A DNA stretch of 63,980 nt, the filler included, from Aduncisulcus paluster (taxonomy: Eukaryota): NCBI GenBank assembly GCA_024181965.1. It is 11 parts of 11 records of this genome, joined end to end, with 100 filler letters (N's around TTAATTAATTAA, not from the genome) between each part and the next. Parts side by side here need not be neighbours in the genome. Positions count along the whole stretch, not along the records: positions 12,371 to 19,220 come from BQXS01011678.1; positions 19,321 to 30,536 come from BQXS01011680.1; 9 more parts are not named here. One strand, 5' to 3'. A model generated the notes under the pieces. The model searched no databases, was not told the DNA's origin, and worked only from the letters and a program-made list of their open reading frames with translations. Below, piece by piece: positions 12,396 to 24,653 of this stretch. Within the stretch, counting starts at the first letter, position 1. The number at the start of each line of letters is the position of its first letter. A program made the position numbers and the translations under genes.

Positions 12396-15300
12396 ATGTC
12401 CCGAGACTTTGATACTCTTGAGATTCAGAAACATGTAGATGTTTACAATTCCCATGTTACTGTTTTTCTACAGTCCGTTGAAGCTCTACGCTCAATTCCC
12501 ATATCTTTACTTGCATTCTCTCCTATTTCGGCCTTTTTACTTTTATATTTCCATTCACACTCAGCTTCACCCAGTACAACCATCTCTTCAAGTCCATTTA
12601 AAGCCCTGATAAGAGCTAGGAAACTTAAGGAGACCGTCATTCCGTCTTCGTTTTTCCATTTTGATAGTAATGGTGTTTGTGTTAGTGAAAATATTGACAG
12701 TGGAATTGAAAGTTTAAGAAAAGTCATCAAAACATTCTTCTCTTCTTCTTCAGCTGTATCCATGCAATTCAGTCAAACTTTTTCTATGGCAGGAACATCC
12801 AGGAATTCTTCAGGAAAGAGAATAACTCAAAAAGAAAAAGATTTGTTCTCGATTCTTCCTTCTCTTTCTCTCTCTCCAACCGCTTCCTCTCCTCTCTTGT
12901 TGGTGAAGCATCAAGCGAGTTCCTGGTACTCACATGTGAGTGAGTTGCTCCGACTCAGTCATGATAGTTGCTCTGTTAACAAAGGAAATTCATACACTCG
13001 TCGTTTGTTGAAGATGTCCTCTCTCAGTGGCACTAAATCAGCAAGAAGAATGGATATTGAAGAAGAGCAAAAACTGATACAATGTTTTGGAAATTCCTCC
13101 ACCTCCTCTTCCTCCTCTTCCTCCTCTTCCTCTTCCTTCTCTTCCTCTCTTCCTCTTCCTCCTCTTCGAAATTCTTCTTCTTCCTCTTCAAATGATTATG
13201 TTTCTCTTATTTCCAATTTCATAGAAATGCATATTAGCTCACTAAGAAGATCTTTTCCTCTTTGCTCATCAATAATCGATAAACTTCCGCACCGGGTAAT
13301 TTTGGCCGCTCCTCTATTTTATAGATCGATAAAGACACTCAGAAGCGGTGTGAGTGGTTCCAAAATTAGATCAAAGGTTCTCACTGACCTTAATATAGCC
13401 ATAAAACTTCTTAGAGAAGGTAATGAATGGAAAGAAAAGGTTGGAATTTATCAGACTCGGAGAGGAGATAAGAATGATCTTTCCCTTTCCGACAATCAGG
13501 ATATATCAGAATTATCTTTGTTATTGGACGAGGGGAGATTGATTGTACATTCTATTCCACCTTCAATGTTCATGCTTTGTCTGTTTGTTAAGCTTTGTAT
13601 ATCAGTGTGGCTTGGATACATTGATGATGCAAAACAGTGTGGTGATGAAATATCAAAAGAATACGATAAATTAATAATTAATAATGTTCCTAAAGAAGAG
13701 AAAGGAGAAGAGAGAGAGAAAGGAGAAGAGAGAGAGAAAGGAGAAGAAAAGGAAGAAATTAAAGAGAGTGGAGATAATGGGCATATCGTCCCAGTTGCTC
13801 CTCTCTCTTCTTCTTCTTCTTCTTCTTCTTTATCTGAAGATGTTAAAGATGGCGAATCTATATCCAAAAACTTGCAGCAAAACAAGAGAAAACATTCGAT
13901 TTCACCAATTATTTCGACTATTCACCTCTCTTCACATCTTCTTCTTTCTCTTCTCTTCTCTTCTTCTTCCTCCTCCTCCTCCTCTTCCTCGAAATCGCTT
14001 GCTCTTAATCACCTTGAAGCAGCCTCTTCTCTTTCCTCTCCATCGTCTCTTTTATGTGCTCTTAGAGAAGGATTATCTGGGAGAATATTGATGTGTCTTG
14101 ACGGTGATGGCGTTTGTGCTGAAGATTATCTTAATATTGCATTGAGTATTGTGTTATCAAATGATAGAAACAATACTAATGAAGCACAAAGGGAGGAACA
14201 GGAACAGGATGAAAGATATATCGATGGTCGAGAGGGAAAAATAGAACATGAGAATGATATTGACTTAGCTAATAAGGCAAGTCCATCAATTGTCAAATCT
14301 ATAGATTCTTCTTCTTCTCTTCTTCTTCCTCCTCCTCCTCCTCTTCCTCGAAATCGCTTGCTCTTAATCACCTTGAAGCAGCCTCTTCTCTTTCCTCTCC
14401 ATCGTCTCTTTTATGTGCTCTTAGAGAAGGATTATCTGGGAGAATATTGATGTGTCTTGACGGTGATGGCGTTTGTGCTGAAGATTATCTTAATATTGCA
14501 TTGAGTATTGTGTTATCAAATGATAGAAACAATACTAATGAAGCACAAAGGGAGGAACAGGAACAGGATGAAAGATATATCGATGGTCGAGAGGGAAAAA
14601 TAGAACATGAGAATGATATTGACTTAGCTAATAAGGCAAGTCCATCAATTGTCAAATCTATAGATTCTTCTTCTTCTTCTTCTTCTTCTTCTTCTTCTTT
14701 ATCTGAAGATGTTAAAGATGGCGAATCTATATCCAAAAACTTGCAGCAAAACAAGAGAAAACATTCGATTTCACCAATTATTTCGACTATTCACCTCTCT
14801 TCACATCTTCTTCTTTCTCTTCTCTTCTCTTCTTCTTCCTCCTCCTCCTCCTCTTCCTCGAAATCGCTTGCTCTTAATCACCTTGAAGCAGCCTCTTCTC
14901 TTTCCTCTCCATCGTCTCTTTTATGTGCTCTTAGAGAAGGATTATCTGGGAGAATATTGATGTGTCTTGACGGTGATGGCGTTTGTGCTGAAGATTATCT
15001 TAATATTGCATTGAGTATTGTGTTATCAAATGATAGAAACAATACTAATGAAGCACAAAGGGAGGAACAGGAACAGGATGAAAGATATATCGATGGTCGA
15101 GAGGGAAAAATAGAACATGAGAATGATATTGACTTAGCTAATAAGGCAAGTCCATCAATTGTCAAATCTATAGATTCTTCTTCTTCTTCTTCTTCTTCTT
15201 CTTCTTCTTCCTCCTCCTCCTCCTCTTCCTCGAAATCGCTTGCTCTTAATCACCTTGAAGCAGCCTCTTCTCTTTCCTCTCCATCGTCTCTTTTATGTGC

Positions 15301-18300
15301 TCTTAGAGAAGGATTATCTGGGAGAATATTGATGTGTCTTGACGGTGATGGCGTTTGTGCTGAAGATTATCTTAATATTGCATTGAGTATTGTGTTATCA
15401 AATGATAGAAACAATACTAATGAAGCACAAAGGGAGGAACAGGAACAGGATGAAAGATATATCGATGGTCGAGAGGGAAAAATAGAACATGAGAATGATA
15501 TTGACTTAGCTAATAAGGCAAGTCCATCAATTGTCAAATCTATAGATTCTTCTTCTTCTTCTTTATCTGAAGATGTTAAAGATGGCGAATCTATATCCAA
15601 AAACTTGCAGCAAAACAAGAGAAAACATTCGATTTCACCAATTATTTCGACTATTCACCTCTCTTCACATCTTCTTCTTTCTCTTCTCTTCTCTTCTTCT
15701 TCCTCCTCCTCCTCCTCTTCCTCGAAATCGCTTGCTCTTAATCACCTTGAAGCAGCCTCTTCTCTTTCCTCTCCATCGTCTCTTTTATGTGCTCTTAGAG
15801 AAGGATTATCTGGGAGAATATTGATGTGTCTTGACGGTGATGGCGTTTGTGCTGAAGATTATCTTAATATTGCATTGAGTATTGTGTTATCAAATGATAG
15901 AAACAATACTAATGAAGCACAAAGGGAGGAACAGGAACAGGATGAAAGATATATCGATGGTCGAGAGGGAAAAATAGAACATGAGAATGATATTGACTTA
16001 GCTAATAAGGCAAGTCCATCAATTGTCAAATCTATAGATTCCTCTCTCTTCTTCTTCTTCTTCTTCTTCTTTATCTGAAGATGTTAAAGATGGCGAATCT
16101 ATATCCAAAAACTTGCAGCAAAACAAGAGAAAACATTCGATTTCACCAATTATTTCGACTATTCACCTCTCTTCACATCTTCTTCTTTCTCTTCTCTTCT
16201 CTTCTTCTTCCTCCTCCTCCTCCTCTTCCTCGAAATCGCTTGCTCTTAATCACCTTGAAGCAGCCTCTTCTCTTTCCTCTCCATCGTCTCTTTTATGTGC
16301 TCTTAGAGAAGGATTATCTGGGAGAATATTGATGTGTCTTGACGGTGATGGCGTTTGTGCTGAAGATTATCTTAATATTGCATTGAGTATTGTGTTATCA
16401 AATGATAGAAACAATACTAATGAAGCACAAAGGGAGGAACAGGAACAGGATGAAAGATATATCGATGGTCGAGAGGGAAAAATAGAACATGAGAATGATA
16501 TTGACTTAGCTAATAAGGCAAGTCCATCAATTGTCAAATCTATAGATTCTTCTTCTCTTCTTCTTCCTCCTCCTCCTCCTCTTCCTCGAAATCGCTTGCT
16601 CTTAATCACCTTGAAGCAGCCTCTTCTCTTTCCTCTCCATCGTCTCTTTTATGTGCTCTTAGAGAAGGATTATCTGGGAGAATATTGATGTGTCTTGACG
16701 GTGATGGCGTTTGTGCTGAAGATTATCTTAATATTGCATTGAGTATTGTGTTATCAAATGATAGAAACAATACTAATGAAGCACAAAGGGAGGAACAGGA
16801 ACAGGATGAAAGATATATCGATGGTCGAGAGGGAAAAATAGAACATGAGAATGATATTGACTTAGCTAATAAGGCAAGTCCATCAATTGTCAAATCTATA
16901 GACTCTTCTCTTCTTCTTCCTCCTCCTCCTCCTCTTCCTCGAAATCGCTTGCTCTTAATCACCTTGAAGCAGCCTCTTCTCTTTCCTCTCCATCGTCTCT
17001 TTTATGTGCTCTTAGAGAAGGATTATCTGGGAGAATATTGATGTGTCTTGACGGTGATGGCGTTTGTGCTGAAGATTATCTTAATATTGCATTGAGTATT
17101 GTGTTATCAAATGATAGAAACAATACTAATGAAGCACAAAGGGAGGAACAGGAACAGGATGAAAGATATATCGATGGTCGAGAGGGAAAAATAGAACATG
17201 AGAATGATATTGACTTAGCTAATAAGGCAAGTCCATCAATTGTCTCCTCTCTCTTCTTCTTCTTCTTCTTCTTCTTTATCTGAAGATGTTAAAGATGGCG
17301 AATCTATATCCAAAAACTTGCAGCAAAACAAGAGAAAACATTCGATTTCACCAATTATTTCGACTATTCACCTCTCTTCACATCTTCTTCTTTCTCTTCT
17401 CTTCTTCTTCTTCTTCTTTATCTGAAGATGTTAAAGATGGCGAATCTATATCCAAAAACTTGCAGCAAAACAAGAGAAAACATTCGATTTCACCAATTAT
17501 TTCGACTATTCACCTCTCTTCACATCTTCTTCTTTCTCTTCTCTTCTCTTCTTCTTCCTCCTCCTCCTCCTCTTCCTCGAAATCGCTTGCTCTTAATCAC
17601 CTTGAAGCAGCCTCTTCTCTTTCCTCTCCATCGTCTCTTTTATGTGCTCTTAGAGAAGGATTATCTGGGAGAATATTGATGTGTCTTGACGGTGATGGCG
17701 TTTGTGCTGAAGATTATCTTAATATTGCATTGAGTATTGTGTTATCAAATGATAGAAACAATACTAATGAAGCACAAAGGGAGGAACAGGAACAGGATGA
17801 AAGATATATCGATGGTCGAGAGGGAAAAATAGAACATGAGAATGATATTGACTTAGCTAATAAGGCAAGTCCATCAATTGTCAAATCTATAGATTCTTCT
17901 TCTTCTTCTTCTTCTTCTTCTTCTTCTTCATTCACTTCTCAATTAACAAGAACAGAACGTGCATCAACAGTCGTTTCTCTGTTGTGTGAATTGGCTTGTG
18001 TATATTGGTGGAGCGGAGAACTGGACAAAGCTGAAGAAATGTTAGAAAATGCTATATCTATCTTTCCTTCTGCTACAAGGCCTTTACTCCTTCTCATTCG
18101 TCTAAATTTAGCCCGTCAACGTTTTTCTGAAGCCTGTGATGTGTGTAAATACTTAAACACTCAGCATAACGGTAACAAGCAATTCAAGGCAGATCTATCT
18201 GTTATTGCAGCATTTGGAGAATTATTCGGAGAGGATGAAGGAAAGAAGGTCAGTCGTTTAGTCGGAGCTCAAGGCTTGGAATTGTCTTCCCAAGCTCACA

Positions 18301-19220
18301 AACACATGATTCGTCAATGCCAAATCATCGATAACGTTCTTTCATCCACTACACAGACTAGCCCTTGTCTTGTTGCTTCTATTGATATTCTTTACCCTTC
18401 CTCATCTTTCCTTCTTCTTCTTCTTCTTCTTCTTGCTCTTCTTCTCCCTCTTCTTTGCCAGCTCCAATATCTCCTTTTCATGACCCTTGTATATCCAAAA
18501 CTTTTACTCTTTCTCCCTTTTTCTCTTATTCTCACTATCTAAATCGGGAACAAGAAATATCCCAAACCGAATTGTCGAGGCTGTCAAATGTATCATCAGG
18601 CAAGCTACCATCAGGAAATCAGTATGAGAAAGAAATAAGCTCTGATATGAAAGAGCATCAGGGGATCTCACAACAATATCTTTCAGCAAGAGTCACAAAA
18701 GGAGTCTTCTTCTTGCCACCTGAGATTATTGTTCGGAAGACAATCAAGAATAATGGTCAAGGGTATTCTTTCGCACAATTAACCAACTCTGAGCCCTCTG
18801 TCCCATCCTCCACGACATTCTCATCTGTATCACAATTTATTCATCAAGACACTGCAAGAAAACTATGTGCATTCTCCTTGTTATCTATTCGTGGGTTTTT
18901 GGCTCTTACCGTGCAAGTATCTGCTCAAAAGGCAATTTCTTCCCTTATTCCAGCTTTAGAAATATGGGAATCTTCCTGTACTTCATGTGTTGAAGAACGT
19001 GGAATTGAAGATTGTTTGTTTGCAATCGGATTACGTGAATGGTGCGATTATCTTTGTTCTAGAGAACGACTGGAGGTCAAAAGAAAAGAGAAAGAGGTTG
19101 AGTTAGAGAAGGAAGAGGAGGACTGGGAAATTGAAAGTGGTTTGACAGGTGTTGATCTCGAAGAAAGAGAAGAGAGAGAAGAGAGAGAAGAGAGAGAAGA
19201 AGAGAGAGAGAGAGGGGAGG
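12396..19220 (+). CDS. Large Ser-rich protein with a TPR-like segment; centre scrambled by repeat array; partial
   Basis: Coding frames run through the contig. TPR-like segment LCELACVYWWSGELDKAEEMLENAISIFP near 17980-18070. Frame switches occur at (TCT)n tracts, including about 18410-18450. Confidence 0.55.
13829..17930 (+). repeat. Array of two near-identical units (A about 130 bp x6, B about 320 bp x9) joined at (TCT/TCC)n microsatellites
   Basis: Unit A starts TTATCTGAAGATGTTAAAGATGG and unit B starts TCGAAATCGCTTGCTCTTAATC. The order is ABBABBABABBBAAB. Confidence 0.9.
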
Positions 19221-19322
19221 NNNNNNNNNNNNNNNNNNNNNNNNNNNNNNNNNNNNNNNNNNNNTTAATTAATTAANNNNNNNNNNNNNNNNNNNNNNNN
19301 NNNNNNNNNNNNNNNNNNNNCT

Positions 19323-21599
19323 GTGAAATTATCCTCTCTGTTCAGACATTATACACACATCCCATCAATATTTTCCCTATTTCCATCCTCTTTGTTCTTC
19401 TCTCCAAGTCCTATGAAATCCCCTCTATTTTTATTGGACGTTGGAGTGAGAAAGAGGAAAGTTCCTGCCCATGAAGTAACTGAAGCTTTAGCCCTGGGTC
19501 AAAAATTCTCTGAAAAACGACGTTTTATCGGCGGTTTTCCCCCTCTTTCATTTTCGATGCCTCCATTTTCTGTTTCCTCCCGTCTTTTGAAAACACAGGG
19601 CTCTCTTCATGTAAAATCGGATATTCGTGACTTGGAACGAAGGAATAGGCGATTAAAACGTGGGTATGAACCTGTAAGGAAACCACTAAGCCCATCATTC
19701 TTGCTTCCATCCTTTTCTTCATCTTCCTCACAATCCACTGTGGAGTCCCATCCACTTGTCAATCCGCTCCTTTCCTTCCCTCCTCTTCTGTACATTGAGT
19801 GTGGCTCTGAAGAGGAGTGTCTTAAACGTGCGATAATGTTAACTCTGCTTACATTGAATCTTGATGATACCGCCGCCATTTGGAATTGGAATTATTGGCA
19901 AGAAATGAGAGAAAAACAATGGAAGAGAAACCCTTCTTCTTGTCCGCCACCCCCCATGATAAAACCACCCTCCTCGCATTCTCAATTCACATCATATCTC
20001 TCATTATCTCTCATTGCCGCTTCTCCTCTCCCCCTCTCGCCTGTCCGTTTGTTTCATCACGTGTGTGCTTTAACTATCCAGAAAGTGTGGCGAGGATGGC
20101 ATGATGTTCGAAAATGGAGAGTTAAAAACAGAGTTAATTGGTTATTTGTTGAGAAAAGAGAGATTTGGAGGAAAAAATATCCAAAACAAAAAATCGATTT
20201 CGAGAAAAAGAAACACCATTCTGATATCTCAAAACACAAAACAATAGAAATGTATTCTCATGAAGTTTCTTTCGAGTCTCCCGAAACAACGAGTGGAACA
20301 ATCCGGATTGTTGAAGGAAAACGAGAAGAAGGATGGAAAATCAGTCAAGAAAAACAGCGAAGAAAGAAACAACATAAGTATGAAGTGAATGAAAGGAAAC
20401 GAGAAGAAATTCGAAATGAATTAATTGCCAACAAATCTCTTCTTCTCAAACCACACAATTTTAACATGACCGAATTCAAGAAGAAATCAAGGATTCCTTC
20501 TTTGCCATCTATTTCTGCCCAAGCAAAGCCAAAGCATCCCCCTTCTCCTTCAAAAGATCAAGAAAGAACCAAAGGCCGTGTTCATTTAGTCCACCCTTCT
20601 CCTTTCCCAACGAATGATATTGAATCATTGGAGGCCAAATACACCGACTTAGACTCAAAATCAGACAAATCAACCCAGCAATCTGAAACTTCACAATCCA
20701 AACAGTCCAAACTCTCCACTCGAATTACCAAAACACGGGAAAGGGAATCTGCCTCAAAATTGTTATCTTGCCTTCAAAAAGATACCGTAGATTTTTTGAA
20801 TGCCCATCAAGATTTCATAAAAGAAACAGAAAGATATCTTTTTACTCAACACGATAGAATATCACAGAAAAAGACGGCACAAAAGGTAAAGCAACATAGG
20901 TACGATTTTCAAAGCAAAGTCAAAGAGGTTGACATTGAAGACAAACGGAAACTCTTGGATAGGATATGTTTGGTCGAGAAAAATAAGAAATATACAGAGA
21001 ACTTACGTGACCTTCAAATGCTTTCAACAACCCCTCGAAAATACCATCCATCAAGTGCTGTATCTACCCGAAGGATCTCCTCTGTTCCATCTACGATGTA
21101 TGGAGATTCATTTCATGATTCCACACAATATCATGGGACAAGAGGTCCCGATGTATCAACAGTAAGACACGTATTTGAACAACAACAGGCAGCGCAAAAA
21201 AGAGCCCGTCCTCTCCGAAGAGCATATAGTACTGCATTCAGCATGGCTATGACGACTCTTTCACATGCAGGTGGATCTGTGGATGCTCATGGAGAGACAG
21301 TGGGTGGAATGGGCTGGAGAGGATATGGAAGGGAACGGATTCAAACGGAAAGGGAAGGAAGGAAGGCAGTTGTAATGGGAAGAAGAAAAGAAGAGCAGAG
21401 AACTATGCACTTGTTGAGGCAAAGAAAGGAAATGAGAACCCAATATCGTCATTCCTATTTCAAGGCTGAAAAAGAAATGCGACGCCAAGAACGTGAGCAA
21501 ATACAACGAGATGACCGGCGCAAGATGATTGAACGCGTTGAAACGGCCAAGAGAAAGAAAGAAATGCATGAGTCAAATGAGAAAACAAATTGGATTTAA
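19323..21599 (+). CDS. IQ-motif and coiled-coil protein (5' partial)
   Basis: IQ motif ALTIQKVWRGWHDVRK and a charged coiled-coil C-terminus. Confidence 0.65.
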   Translation: MKLSSLFRHYTHIPSIFSLFPSSLFFSPSPMKSPLFLLDVGVRKRKVPAHEVTEALALGQKFSEKRRFIGGFPPLSFSMPPFSVSSRLLKTQGSLHVKSDIRDLERRNRRLKRGYEPVRKPLSPSFLLPSFSSSSSQSTVESHPLVNPLLSFPPLLYIECGSEEECLKRAIMLTLLTLNLDDTAAIWNWNYWQEMREKQWKRNPSSCPPPPMIKPPSSHSQFTSYLSLSLIAASPLPLSPVRLFHHVCALTIQKVWRGWHDVRKWRVKNRVNWLFVEKREIWRKKYPKQKIDFEKKKHHSDISKHKTIEMYSHEVSFESPETTSGTIRIVEGKREEGWKISQEKQRRKKQHKYEVNERKREEIRNELIANKSLLLKPHNFNMTEFKKKSRIPSLPSISAQAKPKHPPSPSKDQERTKGRVHLVHPSPFPTNDIESLEAKYTDLDSKSDKSTQQSETSQSKQSKLSTRITKTRERESASKLLSCLQKDTVDFLNAHQDFIKETERYLFTQHDRISQKKTAQKVKQHRYDFQSKVKEVDIEDKRKLLDRICLVEKNKKYTENLRDLQMLSTTPRKYHPSSAVSTRRISSVPSTMYGDSFHDSTQYHGTRGPDVSTVRHVFEQQQAAQKRARPLRRAYSTAFSMAMTTLSHAGGSVDAHGETVGGMGWRGYGRERIQTEREGRKAVVMGRRKEEQRTMHLLRQRKEMRTQYRHSYFKAEKEMRRQEREQIQRDDRRKMIERVETAKRKKEMHESNEKTNWI

Positions 21600-21779
21600 A
21601 GTTCAATCGTTTTTTTTTTTTTTTTTTTTTTTTCTAAATTTAACATTTATTGATCCCGATCTCACTGAGATCTTATTCAAAACCAAATAATGATCCAATT
21701 AAATTCATTCTTATAATTAGTTTATTGGTTTATTTTATAATCTGTTGTAAATATCTCCTTTTTGTTTTATAGTACTAAC

Positions 21780-23057
21780 TTAATTTTCATCCATCTTTGT
21801 GAATAGTCCTGAAGGCGGATAAGAAAACTCATCAGGTTCCTTTCCATGTAAAAGCTTGAAATATTGAGCATAATCATGAATAAAAATAGTTCCGTTTATG
21901 TCATTATGTTTTAGTTCTCCAAGAAAATCATCGATCATCTTTGGAAGCCATTGAAACCATATTTCTATATCAGATTCCAAGATCCAACCAAAAGATTCAT
22001 CGTCTTTTGCATCAATCCAACCAACTTCAACCGCCAAACTTCCTTTTGCAGAGAGTGGAGATACATCACTTGCATCATCTTCCTCACTTGATAGTAATCC
22101 AGAAAATTTAATTCCATATTCCTGAAATGTGTTTTCACTCGATGTATAATCCATTAGAATACAATAATCACTCGAAGCACACAGATGGGGAACAATATCG
22201 ACTGAAGAATCCACAAGTGTCATAGTTCCATCAAGCCAGAAGGGCGAAATAAATGAACCAATTGTGATATATGTCATGTCTCTTTGAGAAGAAAGGGTGT
22301 TACTTGTTTCTTTTGCAATATATAACATTGATGCAAAAGATTGGAATGAATTAAGATATTTTGGCTCTTGATCAAATAAAATGGAAGAAATTTGTCCTTC
22401 ACAATTTAAGTTGAATGAATATACAGAAGAAACCAATGTTTTGACCCTTGACAATTCATGATAATCGTCATGATCATCATTCAAATAAGTCAGATAATCA
22501 ACAGTGATACCCTCAAGATTAAAATTTTTCACAATGGAACATAAAGAATCAGAACTAGGTAAAGTCATATTTTGGAGATTCTTCCATGAAGCCTCAATAG
22601 AACCACCGAAAATTGCAACACGATCAAAACCATGCAATTTGGAGAAGTAGATTAAATGGTCGGCACGATTATTGATATTGTTAATAATTTGTTCATAACA
22701 TGGCGGCGAAAATGATCCAGGAGTTGTGCAAGCACCCCAAACCAGTAGTTCTTTTTGTAAGTCAATGTAAGGGTTTGGATCGAAGGAATATGAAGCTTCT
22801 GATGAATCTAGAACAATAAGTTCGCTTGGTTGACTTTCATTCACATGATAAAATAGAGCTTGTCCTCCAAAAAATCCAATCCCAAGAGCAACAAATAGGG
22901 AAACAAATCTGAAAGCCGATAAAAAAAAAGTCATGAGATTGGTTTTCTCCAGCTTATGTCGCATCTCAGAGTTTGAAGAATTCGGTTGACGAGTGATCCT
23001 TGTTTTTGCTGGGTTGGAAGCTTTCATTTGCCCTTTTTTTTCTTTCTTATTTTTCAT
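21780..23057 (-). CDS. Type II membrane protein with putative glycoside-hydrolase-like TIM-barrel domain
   Basis: Hydrophobic anchor (FVSLFVALGIGFFGG) followed by SILFDQEP, DYCILMDY, LAVEV and IFIHDY motifs. Confidence 0.5.
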   Translation of the reverse strand: MKNKKEKKGQMKASNPAKTRITRQPNSSNSEMRHKLEKTNLMTFFLSAFRFVSLFVALGIGFFGGQALFYHVNESQPSELIVLDSSEASYSFDPNPYIDLQKELLVWGACTTPGSFSPPCYEQIINNINNRADHLIYFSKLHGFDRVAIFGGSIEASWKNLQNMTLPSSDSLCSIVKNFNLEGITVDYLTYLNDDHDDYHELSRVKTLVSSVYSFNLNCEGQISSILFDQEPKYLNSFQSFASMLYIAKETSNTLSSQRDMTYITIGSFISPFWLDGTMTLVDSSVDIVPHLCASSDYCILMDYTSSENTFQEYGIKFSGLLSSEEDDASDVSPLSAKGSLAVEVGWIDAKDDESFGWILESDIEIWFQWLPKMIDDFLGELKHNDINGTIFIHDYAQYFKLLHGKEPDEFSYPPSGLFTKMDEN

Positions 23058-23245
23058 TTCTCTTTTCGTTATTCCAATCTTTTGAATCTCTTAAGATGTT
23101 GGCAATAACTTGATTAGATTTGACATGATATCAACAGTCAAATGTCAACTGATATGATCATTCTTTCCTCTCAGAAAAGTTGTTGTACCCAATATCATTT
23201 ATCAATATATCACTGATTTATTGATATATTTGGTTTTGATTGATA

Positions 23246-24529
23246 ATGCAGAGAGATAGTGTTGGGAAAGGTGTCACAACCAAATCTTATAGAAAAAGTC
23301 GATATAAGACCTCTAAACAGCCCAAAAAATCAAAGTACAAGCCAAAATATCATGGAAAACCCACAGAAAGTGTTCAAAGTTGTCTCCTCCATGAGAGAAA
23401 ATATTCTCGTACTGCTATTGAATGTATTCCTGAAGATCAACAGGCCGAATTAAAACGTGAAGGTGGCATTATAGATTCATTTCTCCAATTGAATGGCATG
23501 TGGCGGAGATATACGCGCCCTGGCCCAGCCTCTTTTTTTCGGGCTATTGCCGAACAAGTTTATGGAAGCCAAGAACTCCATAAACTTGTTCGAAGAGATG
23601 TTGTTTGCTTTTTGCGAAAGTATTTCCATTTGTTTTCTGAAGCTGATTTAGATATTAAAGGAACAGAATTGGGCTCCGAAAAGTATTTTGCCACCCTTGG
23701 TCGAGCAAACTTTCCTCCCCCAAGTGGCCTAGTATTTGTCATTCCAGCAATATACAAAACTCCCCTTAAGCTTTGGCGAAGTATTGAACGCATTCCTCAT
23801 ACTTATGCGGTTCCCTTTGGCCATGGACTCGAAGAATATTCATCTCCAAGAACTCCTTTTTTGAAGACCATGATGATAGCGTATTTGAGGAATTATCATT
23901 ATGATGTTGTATACCATGCTCATCATGCTTCTACTCTCCGAGAATGGAAAATATTTGTTTTAGAGGTGTTCGATCAGAGCTTTACAAAAATATGTGAATC
24001 AGCTGGAATTTCAGATCCCACAACATCATGCGCTGAACAATTTCAACATTTACATTCAAATAGGAAAAAAAAAGAGATTCATGGAAAGTCACATGAGAAA
24101 CAAAAATCTGCAACTCTCCCTCAGAAAGAACCCGAAGAACCATCCAAAAGTCATAGTATTATTGGAATCCCTGGACTTGTTCAATCTCCCCAATATATGT
24201 GGAGCCCACAATATATGTGGATGAGTCCTTATGTAAAATCTCCTTTCAAACCTCCATTTTTTACGTGGTTTTCTCCACAATCCCCCTTTCAATACATTCC
24301 ATCCATGGTTCCTCTTACTCCCGAATCTAGTGTGCCTTCTTTGAACCCTATGATCCGAACGGTTATTCCTTCCGGAGAACGCTCATTCCTTGATTCATCA
24401 CATCCTGTTCCAGGTTCTTTTGAAGTACCGAGCATTGGGACTCTCGTGAAGAAGAAAGGCATTGGTATTCCAAATTCCAAGGATATGCCAGAAGACACAG
24501 ATTTCCCACAAGTTGAATCTGGGATATAA
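23246..24529 (+). CDS. OTU-domain protein (OTUD4/ALG13/Otu-like), catalytic Cys replaced by Ser
   Basis: GPASFFRAIAEQVYGSQELHKLVR aligns with DGSCLFRAVAEQV...SQ..H..VR. His loop NYHYDVVY. Pro-rich tail. Confidence 0.75.
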   Translation: MQRDSVGKGVTTKSYRKSRYKTSKQPKKSKYKPKYHGKPTESVQSCLLHERKYSRTAIECIPEDQQAELKREGGIIDSFLQLNGMWRRYTRPGPASFFRAIAEQVYGSQELHKLVRRDVVCFLRKYFHLFSEADLDIKGTELGSEKYFATLGRANFPPPSGLVFVIPAIYKTPLKLWRSIERIPHTYAVPFGHGLEEYSSPRTPFLKTMMIAYLRNYHYDVVYHAHHASTLREWKIFVLEVFDQSFTKICESAGISDPTTSCAEQFQHLHSNRKKKEIHGKSHEKQKSATLPQKEPEEPSKSHSIIGIPGLVQSPQYMWSPQYMWMSPYVKSPFKPPFFTWFSPQSPFQYIPSMVPLTPESSVPSLNPMIRTVIPSGERSFLDSSHPVPGSFEVPSIGTLVKKKGIGIPNSKDMPEDTDFPQVESGI

Positions 24530-24653
24530 TTATTTATTTTATTCAACGATCAAAGAATATAACATTGAAAATAAAGAAATTTTCATGTATATATTGTTTA
24601 AAGAATTATCATCTGAAGATATAATTGGCGGGTGAATGCAAACGACAAGAATA

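Noticed and set aside
13829..17930. CRISPR-like or DGR-like array
   Set aside because: Units are 130-320 bp coding segments with no unique spacers, no adenine-specific variation and no nearby cas or RT gene.
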